From the IMG/VR virus record IMGVR_UViG_3300033120_000335, positions 5,024 through 69,023 of that record: DNA of 64,000 nucleotides; one strand, 5' to 3'. Shown here in pieces: positions 40,032-49,716 of this stretch; the first letter of the stretch is position 1, and each line of letters starts with the position of its first letter. The notes under the pieces are model-generated. The model worked only from the letters and a program-made list of their open reading frames with translations. It did not search any database and was not told where the DNA came from. The stretch comes from a virus. The translations under genes were made by a program, and so were the position numbers.

Positions 40032-40615
40032 TCTCTCCCCTTTGAGGTCAGGCACTGTTGAGCCTCTACCTTTGAGACATAAACACCATTCTTCGAACCT
40101 AGAGACTTTCGAACTACAGCAGTGAGAAAACCTGTCCTTGGTGCACCAGAAGGTCGGCTGTATGTGTCTGGAGCACTGTCTGGGAGAGCATCCCAATGTT
40201 TTTTGATGAAATCAGCCAAGTCCTGCTCATTCCTATGGATGCTGAACCCATCCGGTCTGACACCATAGCCTTTCTCTGATTCCTCCCATTCCTGAATCAG
40301 GCAAGGTTCAGGTGCATGTGGAGCCTCAGGGATTTTGCCCGCTGATGGGATTTTGCCCGCTGATGGGATTTTGCCCGCTGGAAGTTCATCTGGTGGTGTT
40401 CGGAAACCAGGCAGAAACTGAACACCTACTGTGGGTACAATGGCAGGACGCCATGTGTTACCACAGGTTTGACATGCGTGTGTGTGGTGAGGCCTAGCTG
40501 CAAACTCCCCCTCATCCACATGTAGAACACCACACATAGACCCATCGCTCAACCGAGCAGGGCAATGTAGGCGCATTGGGATTGGGGCTTCCTTCGAAGA
40601 GTTCATATGACCCAT
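40028..40615 (-). CDS. Hypothetical protein with His/Cys zinc motif and GKIPSA repeat
   Basis: LHCP...CGVLHVD...PHHTHACQTCG; start uncertain. Confidence 0.6.
   Translation of the reverse strand: MGHMNSSKEAPIPMRLHCPARLSDGSMCGVLHVDEGEFAARPHHTHACQTCGNTWRPAIVPTVGVQFLPGFRTPPDELPAGKIPSAGKIPSAGKIPEAPHAPEPCLIQEWEESEKGYGVRPDGFSIHRNEQDLADFIKKHWDALPDSAPDTYSRPSGAPRTGFLTAVVRKSLGSKNGVYVSKVEAQQCLTSKGRE
40329..40380. repeat. About 3 x 18-bp coding tandem repeat (SAGKIP)
   Basis: gggattttgcccgctgat repeated. Confidence 0.95.
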
Positions 40616-40619
40616 CCTT

Positions 40620-40796
40620 TCAAAAGTTCCGAGGGTCTGGCTCCTCTGAATGAACCCAAACCCCTTCAACAACTGGGTCGACTGACTTAGACTCTGGCTG
40701 TGGTACAGCAAATACTTGCTCCACAATCTGCTCAGAAGTCATGCCCAAGGATTTGAGGTATCGAATGGCCTCTTCAGGCGTAGTGAAGGTACTCAT
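40620..40796 (-). CDS. 58-aa hypothetical protein (not in ORF track)
   Basis: Hand translation MSTFTTPEEAIRYLKSLGMTSEQIVEQVF...; GGAGGT immediately upstream; fills the gap. Confidence 0.6.
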   Translation of the reverse strand: MSTFTTPEEAIRYLKSLGMTSEQIVEQVFAVPQPESKSVDPVVEGVWVHSEEPDPRNF

Positions 40797-40814
40797 ACCT
40801 CCACTTACTCCTTT

Positions 40815-41171
40815 TCAGGGTGTTTTGGACTCTAGTCGAGACTTGAAACTATCTGTGACCTTGAAATGAGTGTCGTAAGGCTCAGCGACCTCTTCTTCTG
40901 GTTCAAGCAGGTCCTGCCAATGGCGAGTGTGTTTCAACTCCCTCTCAACTGCCTCTGGAGAGCCCGACCAAAGAATCCTCCCGTCAGTTGTACCCACCAG
41001 AAGGTACATCTCTAGGTCGCCCTGACACACAAGAGTGTTAAGACAGTCCAACACCTGATCGTTTGGGCCAAGACCACAAAACATCTCAGGCCAGAAACAG
41101 ACATACCCATCCTTTTTGAAGAGGGTTTCAACACGGTCTCGTACTGAGTGGGTGATATCTGTTTCCGACAT
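40815..41171 (-). CDS. Hypothetical protein
   Basis: ORF packing. Confidence 0.55.
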   Translation of the reverse strand: MSETDITHSVRDRVETLFKKDGYVCFWPEMFCGLGPNDQVLDCLNTLVCQGDLEMYLLVGTTDGRILWSGSPEAVERELKHTRHWQDLLEPEEEVAEPYDTHFKVTDSFKSRLESKTP

Positions 41172-41181
41172 AGAGAATGCC

Positions 41182-41535
41182 TCAGCTGAGGGTGTCTTTG
41201 AGACTCTTGAGAACAGAGGCGCGAACCTTCCGCGAAGCAGGCTTCGCTGCGTACTCTGCCATCTGACCCGTGAGAGGATTCTTCTTCATCTGAGCCTCTC
41301 GTGCAGGAATGTTCTTGACCTTCAACTTGATCAGGTCTGGGAGAATGAACTCCCCGAAACCCTTGAGTTCACTGTGAACAAGGTCTGTGAGATTCCCAAA
41401 TAGGTCTGCAACCTGCTTCTTGCTCAGACCACTCTTCTCAGCGAGGCTTCCAACAATCTGCGCCTTCGTCATGCGCTTGTTTTCAGTCTTGCCCTCAGCC
41501 ACAGGAACTGCACTCTCGATATTGATCTCGGTCAT
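41182..41535 (-). CDS. HU/IHF-family histone-like DNA-binding protein
   Basis: MTKAQIVGSLAEKSGLSKKQV...PAREAQMKKNPLTGQMAEYAAKPASRKVRA. Confidence 0.9.
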   Translation of the reverse strand: MTEINIESAVPVAEGKTENKRMTKAQIVGSLAEKSGLSKKQVADLFGNLTDLVHSELKGFGEFILPDLIKLKVKNIPAREAQMKKNPLTGQMAEYAAKPASRKVRASVLKSLKDTLS

Positions 41536-41641
41536 GGTCTTCTTTCTTAGGTTTGTGACAGCAACTACACTGCTGTTTGGGATACTACCCATGAAATTCG
41601 AAAATGCACCTAGTTTCCGAATCTTCAGGTAAAGTGGGTGA

Positions 41642-41842
41642 ATGAGCAGCAGTCAAGAACTCCGAAAGGTTCGAGCGTGTAGCTCCATAGAGCACGCAAT
41701 ACGTGTTGCGTGGAGACAAAAGGATGAGTTCTCGACACAGTATGAGGGCTCCACATCTCAAATCATCAAACACGAATCTGGCAACATGCGTAGACACATT
41801 CGTGGACTCATCTCCGCACTACGACTCCTGAGGAACATGTGA
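41642..41842 (+). CDS. Hypothetical protein
   Basis: Plus-strand ORF divergent from HU, followed by a symmetric hairpin. Confidence 0.4.
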   Translation: MSSSQELRKVRACSSIEHAIRVAWRQKDEFSTQYEGSTSQIIKHESGNMRRHIRGLISALRLLRNM

Positions 41843-41901
41843 CGTCCATTCCCAGAATGTCCTCAGATACGTATTGAGAGTGTTTGGATGGCGAAAGCAT
41901 C

Positions 41902-41937
41902 AAAAAAAGACCTGAGATGAAACCATCTCAGGTCTTT
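41902..41937. terminator. Intrinsic terminator, probably bidirectional
   Basis: Perfect 14-bp inverted repeat aaagacctgagatg-aaac-catctcaggtcttt with A-tract; ends the long minus-strand structural block. Confidence 0.85.
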
Positions 41938-41943
41938 GCCCTT

Positions 41944-42345
41944 TTACTTGCTCAAGTGCCCTTTTTCAGGATGGCTACGCAATCGGATTCCAATGAAGGC
42001 GGGGCGGGCCGGATGGTCGAAGGTCCAAGGTCCTTGATTCCCATCTCTATCTGTGGTGTAGGGGTGTGGTGGGCCCAAGGAATGGGGTTCCCGCACATAT
42101 ATCCTGGATGGGTCCACAGTCAACTCTACGATGCACAAAGCGATTGAGTGCTTTCGAGTAGTCTCCGCCCACGTACTCTCAAGGGCACGTAAGGAGCTGC
42201 TAACACTCAAGTCTCCTCTGGCCTCCATCTCATAAGCAAGCTGAACCCGTGGGTTGAACGAGTAGGACTCACGAACCGTGTGGGGCGCAGACTCTCTAGT
42301 GAAGAGGTCACCATAGGCAACTTCTAGTGGGTTGATTGTCTCCAT
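41944..42345 (-). CDS. Hypothetical protein
   Basis: ORF from METINPLE, last gene before the terminator. Confidence 0.55.
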   Translation of the reverse strand: METINPLEVAYGDLFTRESAPHTVRESYSFNPRVQLAYEMEARGDLSVSSSLRALESTWAETTRKHSIALCIVELTVDPSRIYVREPHSLGPPHPYTTDRDGNQGPWTFDHPARPAFIGIRLRSHPEKGHLSK

Positions 42346-42358
42346 CTCAGAAAACCAA

Positions 42359-43255
42359 CTAGATGAAAGATCTCGGTGAGAGAACACCCTTTCCAACATT
42401 TGGACCAAAGGCACTACGAATCCCCACACCGTACTTGGGCTGCTGAAGGCCTCGAATGAACTTCACAGTTCTCGCTTTTGCCTCTGTCGCCTTATCAAAC
42501 TGAGACTCTGCATTCTGTTTGAGGCTCTCGTATTTTGCACTCTTCTCGATACTGAGGGAGACACCTCCAATCGAGTAATCGAATTCTTCAGCGACCCAAT
42601 TGATGCTGAGAGCGAAGCAGGCATGTGAGATAGCCTCCCAGAGGACTGCTGTTCTCCAGGCTGGCTTGTCCCGGACGAGCTTCTCGATGGTGTCCATGCC
42701 TTCTGTAGACGGAGGGAACATGTTCCACCAGTCTAAACCTCTCTCAAGGTACTCTAGGAGTTCAGCATCCTCCCATAGTTGACCGAAGACTTGGTTGTAG
42801 TTTCCAATGTTCCCCTCAGCCTCTGGTGGTCTGAAGTGGTAGAACTTATCTGGATTTTGGTCGCGGAGAAGCATTCTCAGCTTCGCGATCATCCCAGCTT
42901 CTGCTGCTGAGTAAGTTGGAGAAGCCACTACACCAGGTGTGACTACTGCCCACTCCTGGACAACTTGCTGAAGTGGGCTTCCCACAAACTGACGAAAGTT
43001 CCACCTAATTCGATAGGTTCCAATGGCTGCGTTGATTGGAACTTGGAGGGAAGCGTAATACTCCCCAACCACAGGATTTAGAGGGACTCTGGCTGGAGCC
43101 CCAATGAGAATCTCGGCAAACGGGAAACCTGGACTCAAGTAGTAGATCGCATACGTGATCTCAAACGCATTTGATGAGTGTCCATCTGCGTCTGTGAGGT
43201 AGATGTCCAAATCACCTTGTTGGAGAACTGCACCAGGAAGGAATGCTACGGCCAT
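42359..43255 (-). CDS. Putative head-tail adaptor/connector protein
   Basis: Ig-like N-terminus, then helical KLRMLLRD...WEDAELLEYLE...YSIGGVSLSIEKSAKY, resembling adaptor proteins. Confidence 0.6.
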   Translation of the reverse strand: MAVAFLPGAVLQQGDLDIYLTDADGHSSNAFEITYAIYYLSPGFPFAEILIGAPARVPLNPVVGEYYASLQVPINAAIGTYRIRWNFRQFVGSPLQQVVQEWAVVTPGVVASPTYSAAEAGMIAKLRMLLRDQNPDKFYHFRPPEAEGNIGNYNQVFGQLWEDAELLEYLERGLDWWNMFPPSTEGMDTIEKLVRDKPAWRTAVLWEAISHACFALSINWVAEEFDYSIGGVSLSIEKSAKYESLKQNAESQFDKATEAKARTVKFIRGLQQPKYGVGIRSAFGPNVGKGVLSPRSFI

Positions 43256-43277
43256 GCTTCACCAAAAGAAAGAGGTT

Positions 43278-45110
43278 TTATTGGATCGTTCGAGCCCTTT
43301 GAAGAGATGGAGCACCGTCCCACATTCGAACTGTGGATACTTGAGTAGGACCATTCACTCTAGCTGTGAGAGGCCCAGGCCACTGCTTCTGAACTTCAGT
43401 GGTACCAAACTCCATAGCACTGGGAATTCCTGTGGGGAGGATTGCGGCACCTAGAACTAGGTTCCCAAACGCCTCAGAGCTAGGTACACCAACAGGGTTT
43501 ACATCTTGACTGAGTGATGATACTCCAAACGCTTCGTCAGAAGATATCCCAACAGGGAAGAATGGGACCGAGATACGAACGAGACCAAAATCCTCCGCGC
43601 TTGGGATACCTATTGGGTTCAGGGACAAACTGAGAACAACAGAGCCGAAAGCCTCTTCCGAAACTATCCCAAGGGGATTGAGGATCTTCTGAACAGAAGG
43701 CTGGCCAAATCCCTCCTCGGAAGGAATACCTTCGAAGATGATGTCTTGAGCTAGACTCAAAACACCAAATACTTCGGACGATGCTATTCCAACTGGGGAG
43801 ACCCCCATGTTTAGATCTGGTTGACCAAAAGCTTCCGCAGACCCAATACCAGTTGTGTAGATAGGTACTCGGAATCCAGGAATTCCAAAGGCCTCGCCAG
43901 ACACCACCCCAATGAAGGAGACTGTTCGGTTCAGTTTTGCTGATCCGAAGGACTCAGCAGATGCAATCCCAACAGGGTACAGGGGGCGTGAGAGGGATGG
44001 TATCCCAAATGCCTCTGATGAAGGTATGCTGGAGACTAGAGCTACACGATTCAGTTTCGCGACACCAAAAGTCTCGCCTGAAGCTATCCCAGTAGCTTGA
44101 ACATCCCTGTTCAGTTTTGCTGACCCGAAAGCCTCTGTAGAAGAGATCCCAGCAGGCTGGACCAACCTCCTCAGATTCGTGTTTCCAAAAGCTTCCGCAG
44201 ACCCAATACCAGTAGCTTGAACAGCCCTGTTCAGTTTTGCTGACCCGAAAGCCTCTGTAGAAGAGATCCCAGACGGGTAGATAGGACGCGAAGCTGAGGG
44301 AGTCCCAAAAGCCTCGCCTGAAAGAATTCCAACAGGAAGAAGCGTTTGGTTCAGTTTTGCTGAGCCAAACGCTTCTGCGGAAGCAATTCCTGTAGCCTGA
44401 ATTGTCTGATTCAGATTCGCAGTTCCGAAGGCCTCAGTCGTTGGGATACCTGTGGCCTGAATCGTCCGATTCAGTTTTGCTGAGCCAAACGCTTCTGCGG
44501 AACCAATGCCTGTGGCCTGAATCGAAAGATTCAGCTTCGCAGTTCCAAATGATTCTGCGGATGTGATGCCTGTTGGGTAAACAGGCACCGATAGAGATGG
44601 TGTCCCAAACCCCTCAGTTGTTGGAATACCTGTGACCTGAATTGAACGATTCAGTTTTGCTGTACCAAACGACTCTGAGGAACCAATGCCTGTGGCCTGA
44701 ATCGAAAGATTCAGCTTCGCAGTTCCGAAGGCCTCCGAGGAGCTGATCCCAGTGACCTGAATCGACCGATTCAACTTTGCAGTGCCGAAGGCCTCAGCAC
44801 TTGAGATTCCTGTGGCCTGGATCGACTGATTCAACTTCGCAGTGCCGAAGGTCTCTGAGGAGTTGACCCCTGTGGCCTGGATCGTTCGATTCAACTTCGC
44901 AGTGCCGAAGGTCTCTGCGGAAACAATTCCTGTGGTCTGAATCAACCGATTCAGGCTCGCAGTACCAAAAGCCTCTGCACTTGCAATCCCTGTGAATTGA
45001 AGTGTCTGATTTAGCTTAGGTCCCCCAAACGACTCCGCACTTGCAATCCCAGTAGGCTGGATTGTAGGTGTCGTTCCCGCATCGAAGGCGTCGAAGAGAA
45101 TCCTACTCAC
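43278..45110 (-). CDS. Repeat protein, probable virion fibre/appendage
   Basis: Well over 20 tandem ~19-20-aa units TGIxSxExFGxAKLNxxIQx; 60-bp periodicity visible in the DNA. Confidence 0.75.
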   Translation of the reverse strand: MSRILFDAFDAGTTPTIQPTGIASAESFGGPKLNQTLQFTGIASAEAFGTASLNRLIQTTGIVSAETFGTAKLNRTIQATGVNSSETFGTAKLNQSIQATGISSAEAFGTAKLNRSIQVTGISSSEAFGTAKLNLSIQATGIGSSESFGTAKLNRSIQVTGIPTTEGFGTPSLSVPVYPTGITSAESFGTAKLNLSIQATGIGSAEAFGSAKLNRTIQATGIPTTEAFGTANLNQTIQATGIASAEAFGSAKLNQTLLPVGILSGEAFGTPSASRPIYPSGISSTEAFGSAKLNRAVQATGIGSAEAFGNTNLRRLVQPAGISSTEAFGSAKLNRDVQATGIASGETFGVAKLNRVALVSSIPSSEAFGIPSLSRPLYPVGIASAESFGSAKLNRTVSFIGVVSGEAFGIPGFRVPIYTTGIGSAEAFGQPDLNMGVSPVGIASSEVFGVLSLAQDIIFEGIPSEEGFGQPSVQKILNPLGIVSEEAFGSVVLSLSLNPIGIPSAEDFGLVRISVPFFPVGISSDEAFGVSSLSQDVNPVGVPSSEAFGNLVLGAAILPTGIPSAMEFGTTEVQKQWPGPLTARVNGPTQVSTVRMWDGAPSLQRARTIQ

Positions 45111-45123
45111 GACGACTCTCCTC

Positions 45124-45666
45124 TTACAGGTTTACGATGATGAAAGTGTCCAAGGCTGCGGGTGTTCCAGTAAAACCACCAGAGACAGTGAAGAACTTGG
45201 TGGACCCATCATATGCAGACACTTTCTTCACCTGACCGGCCAACGTACCTGTCAGGAACACACACAGAGTGTCCTTCCAGTAGTCTGTAGTCGTCTCGGT
45301 ACGATTTGTCTCGAAAGTGCTTGCGCTATTCCCAACGTTTGACACCACAGAACCTATCTTGACTGGAGCTGTGACCTCAAAGGAATCAAGAACCAGTTTT
45401 GTAGAGATCCCATCCACAGTTGCTGAGACAACAACGTTGTAGGTTCCCCCAACCTCGAATCCATTTGCAGAGGTCACGTCCACTGTGACCCGATAGTGAC
45501 CAGTTAGAGCGGCCCTCAAAACAACTGTGGGACTGAGAATTGGAGTGTCATTGTCGTGTTGATACACATCGCAAGTAGGAGTCAAGTCTGCGTTTTGGAT
45601 TTCCCCAGATGACGGATTGGACGTCACGAAATCCCGAACAATCGAAAGACCTTGAGAGACGGTCAT
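45124..45666 (-). CDS. Putative virion structural protein
   Basis: Thr-rich beta-like protein; FLTGTLAGQVKKVSAYDG pattern. Confidence 0.55.
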   Translation of the reverse strand: MTVSQGLSIVRDFVTSNPSSGEIQNADLTPTCDVYQHDNDTPILSPTVVLRAALTGHYRVTVDVTSANGFEVGGTYNVVVSATVDGISTKLVLDSFEVTAPVKIGSVVSNVGNSASTFETNRTETTTDYWKDTLCVFLTGTLAGQVKKVSAYDGSTKFFTVSGGFTGTPAALDTFIIVNL

Positions 45667-46868
45667 AGTCGCCTCGCTATGCGAGTGTTCCCCAAAACAG
45701 GGAAGATAGAAGCAGGCCGGTACACGAAGGTGACCCTCATGTCGAAGTAGTTGAGTTGGCTGTTGTCCAAGACTCCAGCCCGTCCCCCAGCAATCGCCAA
45801 ACCCTCACCTCTTCGAAGGACGATGCCCGTGCCAACCTTAGCAGCAAAGACATCAAATCCATTGTCTGGAGTCGTACAAGCGTCCCCAACCCTGTTAGGT
45901 CTTGGGCATCGTACTATCTGACGGAACAGACCAGACCTCTGCTCACGAGCTACGTTCACAACAGACGAATCTGTTGTGTCCCAAAAATACTGAGATCCTT
46001 CGTAGTATCCAGGAAGAGCAGCCTTGAAAGCCCCCTCATAAACCTTCACACCAGAAGGCAGAGGATGTGAGGGTTCGTTAGCTATGATCGCCCCTTCTTC
46101 AGGGGTAAAGACTCCAGGAACATAACCCTCTGTGCGAATGAGACGGATGGTTGTTGGGGTGGGGATTCCTAGAGCATTGCCCATGTCTCCATCTTCTGAC
46201 ATGGTTATTGAGACAACCCCCAATACAACACCAGAGCCGAAATTGTTCATCAGGGACCAGATTGCACGACCCCCCACGAGAGTCCCAATGTCTCTTGTTC
46301 GAAACACGTAGGTTGCCCCTGTACTCTGGTCACAAACCTTGATGTTCAAGGTGAGAGCGTGTGGGACAATTCCAGAACGTTGCACAAGAGAGATACCCTC
46401 ACCCTCCTGAAGGATGATCCTCTCGGTTGGATTCTGAGTGTTGTAAGACAACCAAATCTGATCCGCAGTTGAGCTATCTGCCCTTCTTGTTGATCTACCC
46501 GACACGCGACTAGAAATCATAGTGCTAACCACTTGACTCTGGTGCTGTGGACAATCTGATAGGTTTCTCAGAACGTCTCCCTCCACTACTACAGGAGAGG
46601 AAAGGCAAACGACTTCAGCGGGTAGATCTGGAGACAGAGTGTCGTACTTGACATAGCCTATTTCAAAACCCCCTGAAGCCGCACTCACTCTCACAAGAGT
46701 CTGAATCCCAGTCCCAATTAGGGTGGATGCCATCTCTGAAGGCTCTACGAACCTAACTTGAGTGACTTCAAGAACACCCAAATTCGACTCATTATACAAC
46801 ATGGCGATGCCATCGACTAGCGGTGTGCTATCGACTCTGGCAACTCGCCAAGTGTATGTGCTGGCCAT
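45663..46868 (-). CDS. Putative virion structural protein
   Basis: Internal repetition (ILQEGEGISL / VLRRGEGLAI); in structural cassette. Confidence 0.55.
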   Translation of the reverse strand: MASTYTWRVARVDSTPLVDGIAMLYNESNLGVLEVTQVRFVEPSEMASTLIGTGIQTLVRVSAASGGFEIGYVKYDTLSPDLPAEVVCLSSPVVVEGDVLRNLSDCPQHQSQVVSTMISSRVSGRSTRRADSSTADQIWLSYNTQNPTERIILQEGEGISLVQRSGIVPHALTLNIKVCDQSTGATYVFRTRDIGTLVGGRAIWSLMNNFGSGVVLGVVSITMSEDGDMGNALGIPTPTTIRLIRTEGYVPGVFTPEEGAIIANEPSHPLPSGVKVYEGAFKAALPGYYEGSQYFWDTTDSSVVNVAREQRSGLFRQIVRCPRPNRVGDACTTPDNGFDVFAAKVGTGIVLRRGEGLAIAGGRAGVLDNSQLNYFDMRVTFVYRPASIFPVLGNTRIARRL

Positions 46869-46871
46869 GAG

Positions 46872-47192
46872 TCACTCCAACTCAAAAGGAAGCATGATGT
46901 CCAAGATCTTCTTCCCAGACTTTAGGAGTTGGACACATGGAACTGGAATTGTTCTCCCATCCCGAGTAGTAACATCCATCTTGGAGTGTTCAGCACTGAG
47001 GTTGGAGATGTCTGGGGATGGTGCCTGGTTCTTCTGAGTGACCTCGCCATCAGGACCATCAACAAAGATGTAGTCCACAAGACAGCGAATTCCATTACGA
47101 GTTGCTTCTGCGTAAGAGAGACTACACAGAAGCCCACCTGACTCAGAGAAATCCAGGTTCTGGGAAACCTCATTGACTTGAATCGAAATCAT
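46872..47192 (-). CDS. Hypothetical protein
   Basis: GGAG SD, tight packing. Confidence 0.55.
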   Translation of the reverse strand: MISIQVNEVSQNLDFSESGGLLCSLSYAEATRNGIRCLVDYIFVDGPDGEVTQKNQAPSPDISNLSAEHSKMDVTTRDGRTIPVPCVQLLKSGKKILDIMLPFELE

Positions 47193-47201
47193 TGGGACTC
47201 C

Positions 47202-47717
47202 TCAAGCATCAGTGAATTCAATCTCAAAGTCATTGGTTCCAACAGCAGAAGCACCGCTCTGCTGAATCTCAACACCAAAAGCTGCACGACAAGTGAGAGG
47301 CTCCACATTGGAATCTCCATAACCTGCATTCCAAACCTCACCAAATGGGATCAGTAGTTCCCACTCATCAAGGGTTGCACCAGAAACAGCAGGCTCATCG
47401 TTCGACCAGAGGTATTGGCGGAAGACGTCAGTTCGAGTGATTGTTCGATTTGTGCCACAAGTCGTCTGAGCAGCTAGTGCTGCACTAGCTGTGTCGTGCT
47501 TCACTGGAGTGAGTGTTGTACCGCCAGCTGCTGCGGTTGTCCTATTCACTCTCATGGTAGTCAAAACACCTGTCACAGTTGCTACACCATTGTTCAACTG
47601 GTACATACGGTAAACTCGAACGATTCGAGCTGAGCCCGTCGCATTGAACACGTCAATCATCGATTTAGCCGAAGCAAACGCAACGGCCTGAGAGGTTGCT
47701 CTCCAAGTTGCAGCCAT
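47202..47717 (-). CDS. Putative virion structural protein
   Basis: Ala/Thr-rich; resembles the N-terminal half of 45663-46868. Confidence 0.55.
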   Translation of the reverse strand: MAATWRATSQAVAFASAKSMIDVFNATGSARIVRVYRMYQLNNGVATVTGVLTTMRVNRTTAAAGGTTLTPVKHDTASAALAAQTTCGTNRTITRTDVFRQYLWSNDEPAVSGATLDEWELLIPFGEVWNAGYGDSNVEPLTCRAAFGVEIQQSGASAVGTNDFEIEFTDA

Positions 47718-47723
47718 AATCCC

Positions 47724-48008
47724 TTAGCCTCTCCCAGAAAAAATCAAAAGGTCGCCGGTCCCGTTACCTTGCGAGCCCACTACATTCTGACGAACTTCAA
47801 GTCTTTTGAGACTCTGAATCGCCAAACCAAGATCGTCTCTCTTCTCCCCTGCTGGCAAGGAACGCCATCTATCCACTTGCTTGGGGAGAGAGTAGCTGAC
47901 TACCTTTCTGAGGAAGTCGTCAGGAAATACCCATGGAACATCAAGAATCCATCCGTTCTTGCTGTCCCAATGAAGGCGGACATTCTTTGGCGGAATCATC
48001 AACGACAT
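47724..48008 (-). CDS. Hypothetical protein
   Basis: GAGGT SD before ATG 48008. Confidence 0.5.
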   Translation of the reverse strand: MSLMIPPKNVRLHWDSKNGWILDVPWVFPDDFLRKVVSYSLPKQVDRWRSLPAGEKRDDLGLAIQSLKRLEVRQNVVGSQGNGTGDLLIFSGRG

Positions 48009-48015
48009 TGAGACC

Positions 48016-48423
48016 TCAGAGCTTGAAGATCTTGTTCGCTCCGTTGTCCCAAACAACAGTGATGTCACCTCCGCTTGGGGTAACAGGCAAACCTGTTGCC
48101 GTGTCAATGTAGGCAATCAGTTGACTCGTGGATGCAACACCTGTGTCCTTGTAGATCACAAGAGCCTCCACAGAAGCTCCTGTCACCGCAGTGAAGGTGA
48201 TGTCAGCGGCATCTGCAACCCCTGTAGTCGATGTCTTACCCGTGAAAGATACCGAGGTGGAAATGATCGCACCTCCAGGAATGATCGACAGGAAGGCGTC
48301 TGTGACCAGGTTTGGTGTGTATGTGCCAGTGTCCACCAAACAGGCCTTGATCGCATCAGAAGTCCAGTTCACTCCTGCATTGAGAAATGCAGCTCGGCCC
48401 GTGTCATAAAGTGCGTTCGCCAT
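48016..48423 (-). CDS. Phage virion structural protein
   Basis: MANALYD...DAADITF...LIAYIDT...LPVTPSGGDITVVW...IFKL, a pattern familiar from phage structural cassettes. Confidence 0.7.
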   Translation of the reverse strand: MANALYDTGRAAFLNAGVNWTSDAIKACLVDTGTYTPNLVTDAFLSIIPGGAIISTSVSFTGKTSTTGVADAADITFTAVTGASVEALVIYKDTGVASTSQLIAYIDTATGLPVTPSGGDITVVWDNGANKIFKL

Positions 48424-48599
48424 GTGGTTCTTGTCCTCTTCAGACGAGACCGTATTACATGACTAACGTTGCCCTCTAAGTCGGTTACGATAGGAGTTCT
48501 CAGCTAACGTGATCTGACGAATCAAGAGAGCCGTCTTCTTCATTGAAGAGGAGAAAGCCTCCCTCAGTTCCTTTTGGAGTAGAGTTTCAGACATGATTC

Positions 48600-48833
48600 C
48601 TAGAGATGGATGAGGGCCTTCATACTTCGAACTTCGTCAGCGTAGTCAAGAGCACTGATTTTCGCAGACCTGTTGAAATACTCCTTCTTGAGGTCTCGTA
48701 TCGAGTCCCCATTTTCGAAAGAGAAGAAGACTCTCCCTCCATCTTTGGTGGCCTCTACAAATTTCACACCCGCCACACGCAAGTAGGCAGCGTAATACAG
48801 ATCGGATGTGCGGTAAAAAATTGAGTCTTCCAA
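48600..48833 (-). CDS. DUF5659-like small protein
   Basis: YRTSDLYYAAYL...G...VFFSFE pattern. Confidence 0.55.
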   Translation of the reverse strand: MEDSIFYRTSDLYYAAYLRVAGVKFVEATKDGGRVFFSFENGDSIRDLKKEYFNRSAKISALDYADEVRSMKALIHL

Positions 48834-48900
48834 TGAATCAGCCCTCCTTGAACTCTACCAAGGAGGGCTGACCAGTCCTGTGATTTACAGAACGTTTGAC

Positions 48901-49584
48901 TCAGAGAACTGCGCCTGCGTTGTCATAGATGACAAGTGCAGGACCAACAACACCCTTGTACTTGAACGTGTCACTGGAGAACCCATTGATCTGACCTTCA
49001 GCAAGGCTGATGTAGAAGGACGAGTCCGACACAAGGATATCCTTGTACGTGTTGAAGTTGAAGTTGTTGGCATTCCAAACTCCAGGACTTGCCTGAGGAT
49101 TGAATGTCGAAACCACAACCTGAACGATCGTCCCTGCTGGAACCGTGTACGTAGCCCCCGAAAGAATTCGGAGAATGTCCGTAACAGATCCAGTCGAAGT
49201 TCCGGCCGTCAACGCTGAACCTGCTGCGGCTGCTGCAAGAATGACGTTGATCTGAGCAAGACCCAGTGCTGAACCTGAGGTCATGGCTGCAATGAGAGCA
49301 GTTGCAGCAGCGTTTGCTTGAGTTGGAGTGAATGCAGCCGCAGCTCCTGTAGCAACGTTCGCAACAATGTAGGCTGCAAGACCAGACTGAGCCGTTGCGA
49401 AGTAACGCTGAGTAGCTCCCGTGCTAGCCAAGACGACTGTATTGGTCTCCGGAGCCCGAACGTATCGAGGACCTTGTGGCTTCGGGTCAATGCTCTGGTT
49501 ACGCTGGGATGCGTTGGGCCAAAGGTCCGTTACCTGAAGGGTGGAGTTTGGAATGTCTGCGCGACGCTTGCAAATGAAAGGCAT
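48901..49584 (-). CDS. Putative virion structural protein
   Basis: Ala/Thr-rich, CAGGAG SD, promoter motif upstream. Confidence 0.55.
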   Translation of the reverse strand: MPFICKRRADIPNSTLQVTDLWPNASQRNQSIDPKPQGPRYVRAPETNTVVLASTGATQRYFATAQSGLAAYIVANVATGAAAAFTPTQANAAATALIAAMTSGSALGLAQINVILAAAAAGSALTAGTSTGSVTDILRILSGATYTVPAGTIVQVVVSTFNPQASPGVWNANNFNFNTYKDILVSDSSFYISLAEGQINGFSSDTFKYKGVVGPALVIYDNAGAVL

Positions 49585-49637
49585 TAGGATCTCCTGAAAT
49601 GAGGGGTATGAGACCCCGTTGCTTTAGAGGAGCACTA

Positions 49638-49653
49638 ATAGGACATCTAACGA
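49638..49653 (-). promoter_or_regulatory. Putative phage late promoter, TCGTT-N7-CTAT
   Basis: Minus strand TCGTT AGATGTC CTAT, just after a terminator. Confidence 0.65.
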
Positions 49654-49667
49654 AACCACCCCAAAAG

Positions 49668-49692
49668 AAAAAGGCTCACACGCTGTGAGCCT
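49668..49692 (-). terminator. Intrinsic terminator
   Basis: aggctcaca-cgc-tgtgagcct hairpin with T-tract on the minus strand. Confidence 0.8.
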
Positions 49693-49716
49693 CTTCGTCA
49701 AACAACCACTTCAGCA

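Noticed and set aside
43400..45060. 60-bp periodic repeats resembling a CRISPR array
   Set aside because: Repeats are degenerate at third codon positions, in frame within one ORF, with no unique spacers and no cas genes
48490..48505. Additional late promoter copies at 48490, 25953 and 53753
   Set aside because: CTAT is present but the TCG(T/G)T half mismatches or is mis-spaced, so they were not counted
48463..48594. 43-aa minus-strand ORF MSETLLQKELREAF...
   Set aside because: Plausibly real but short, with no motif support
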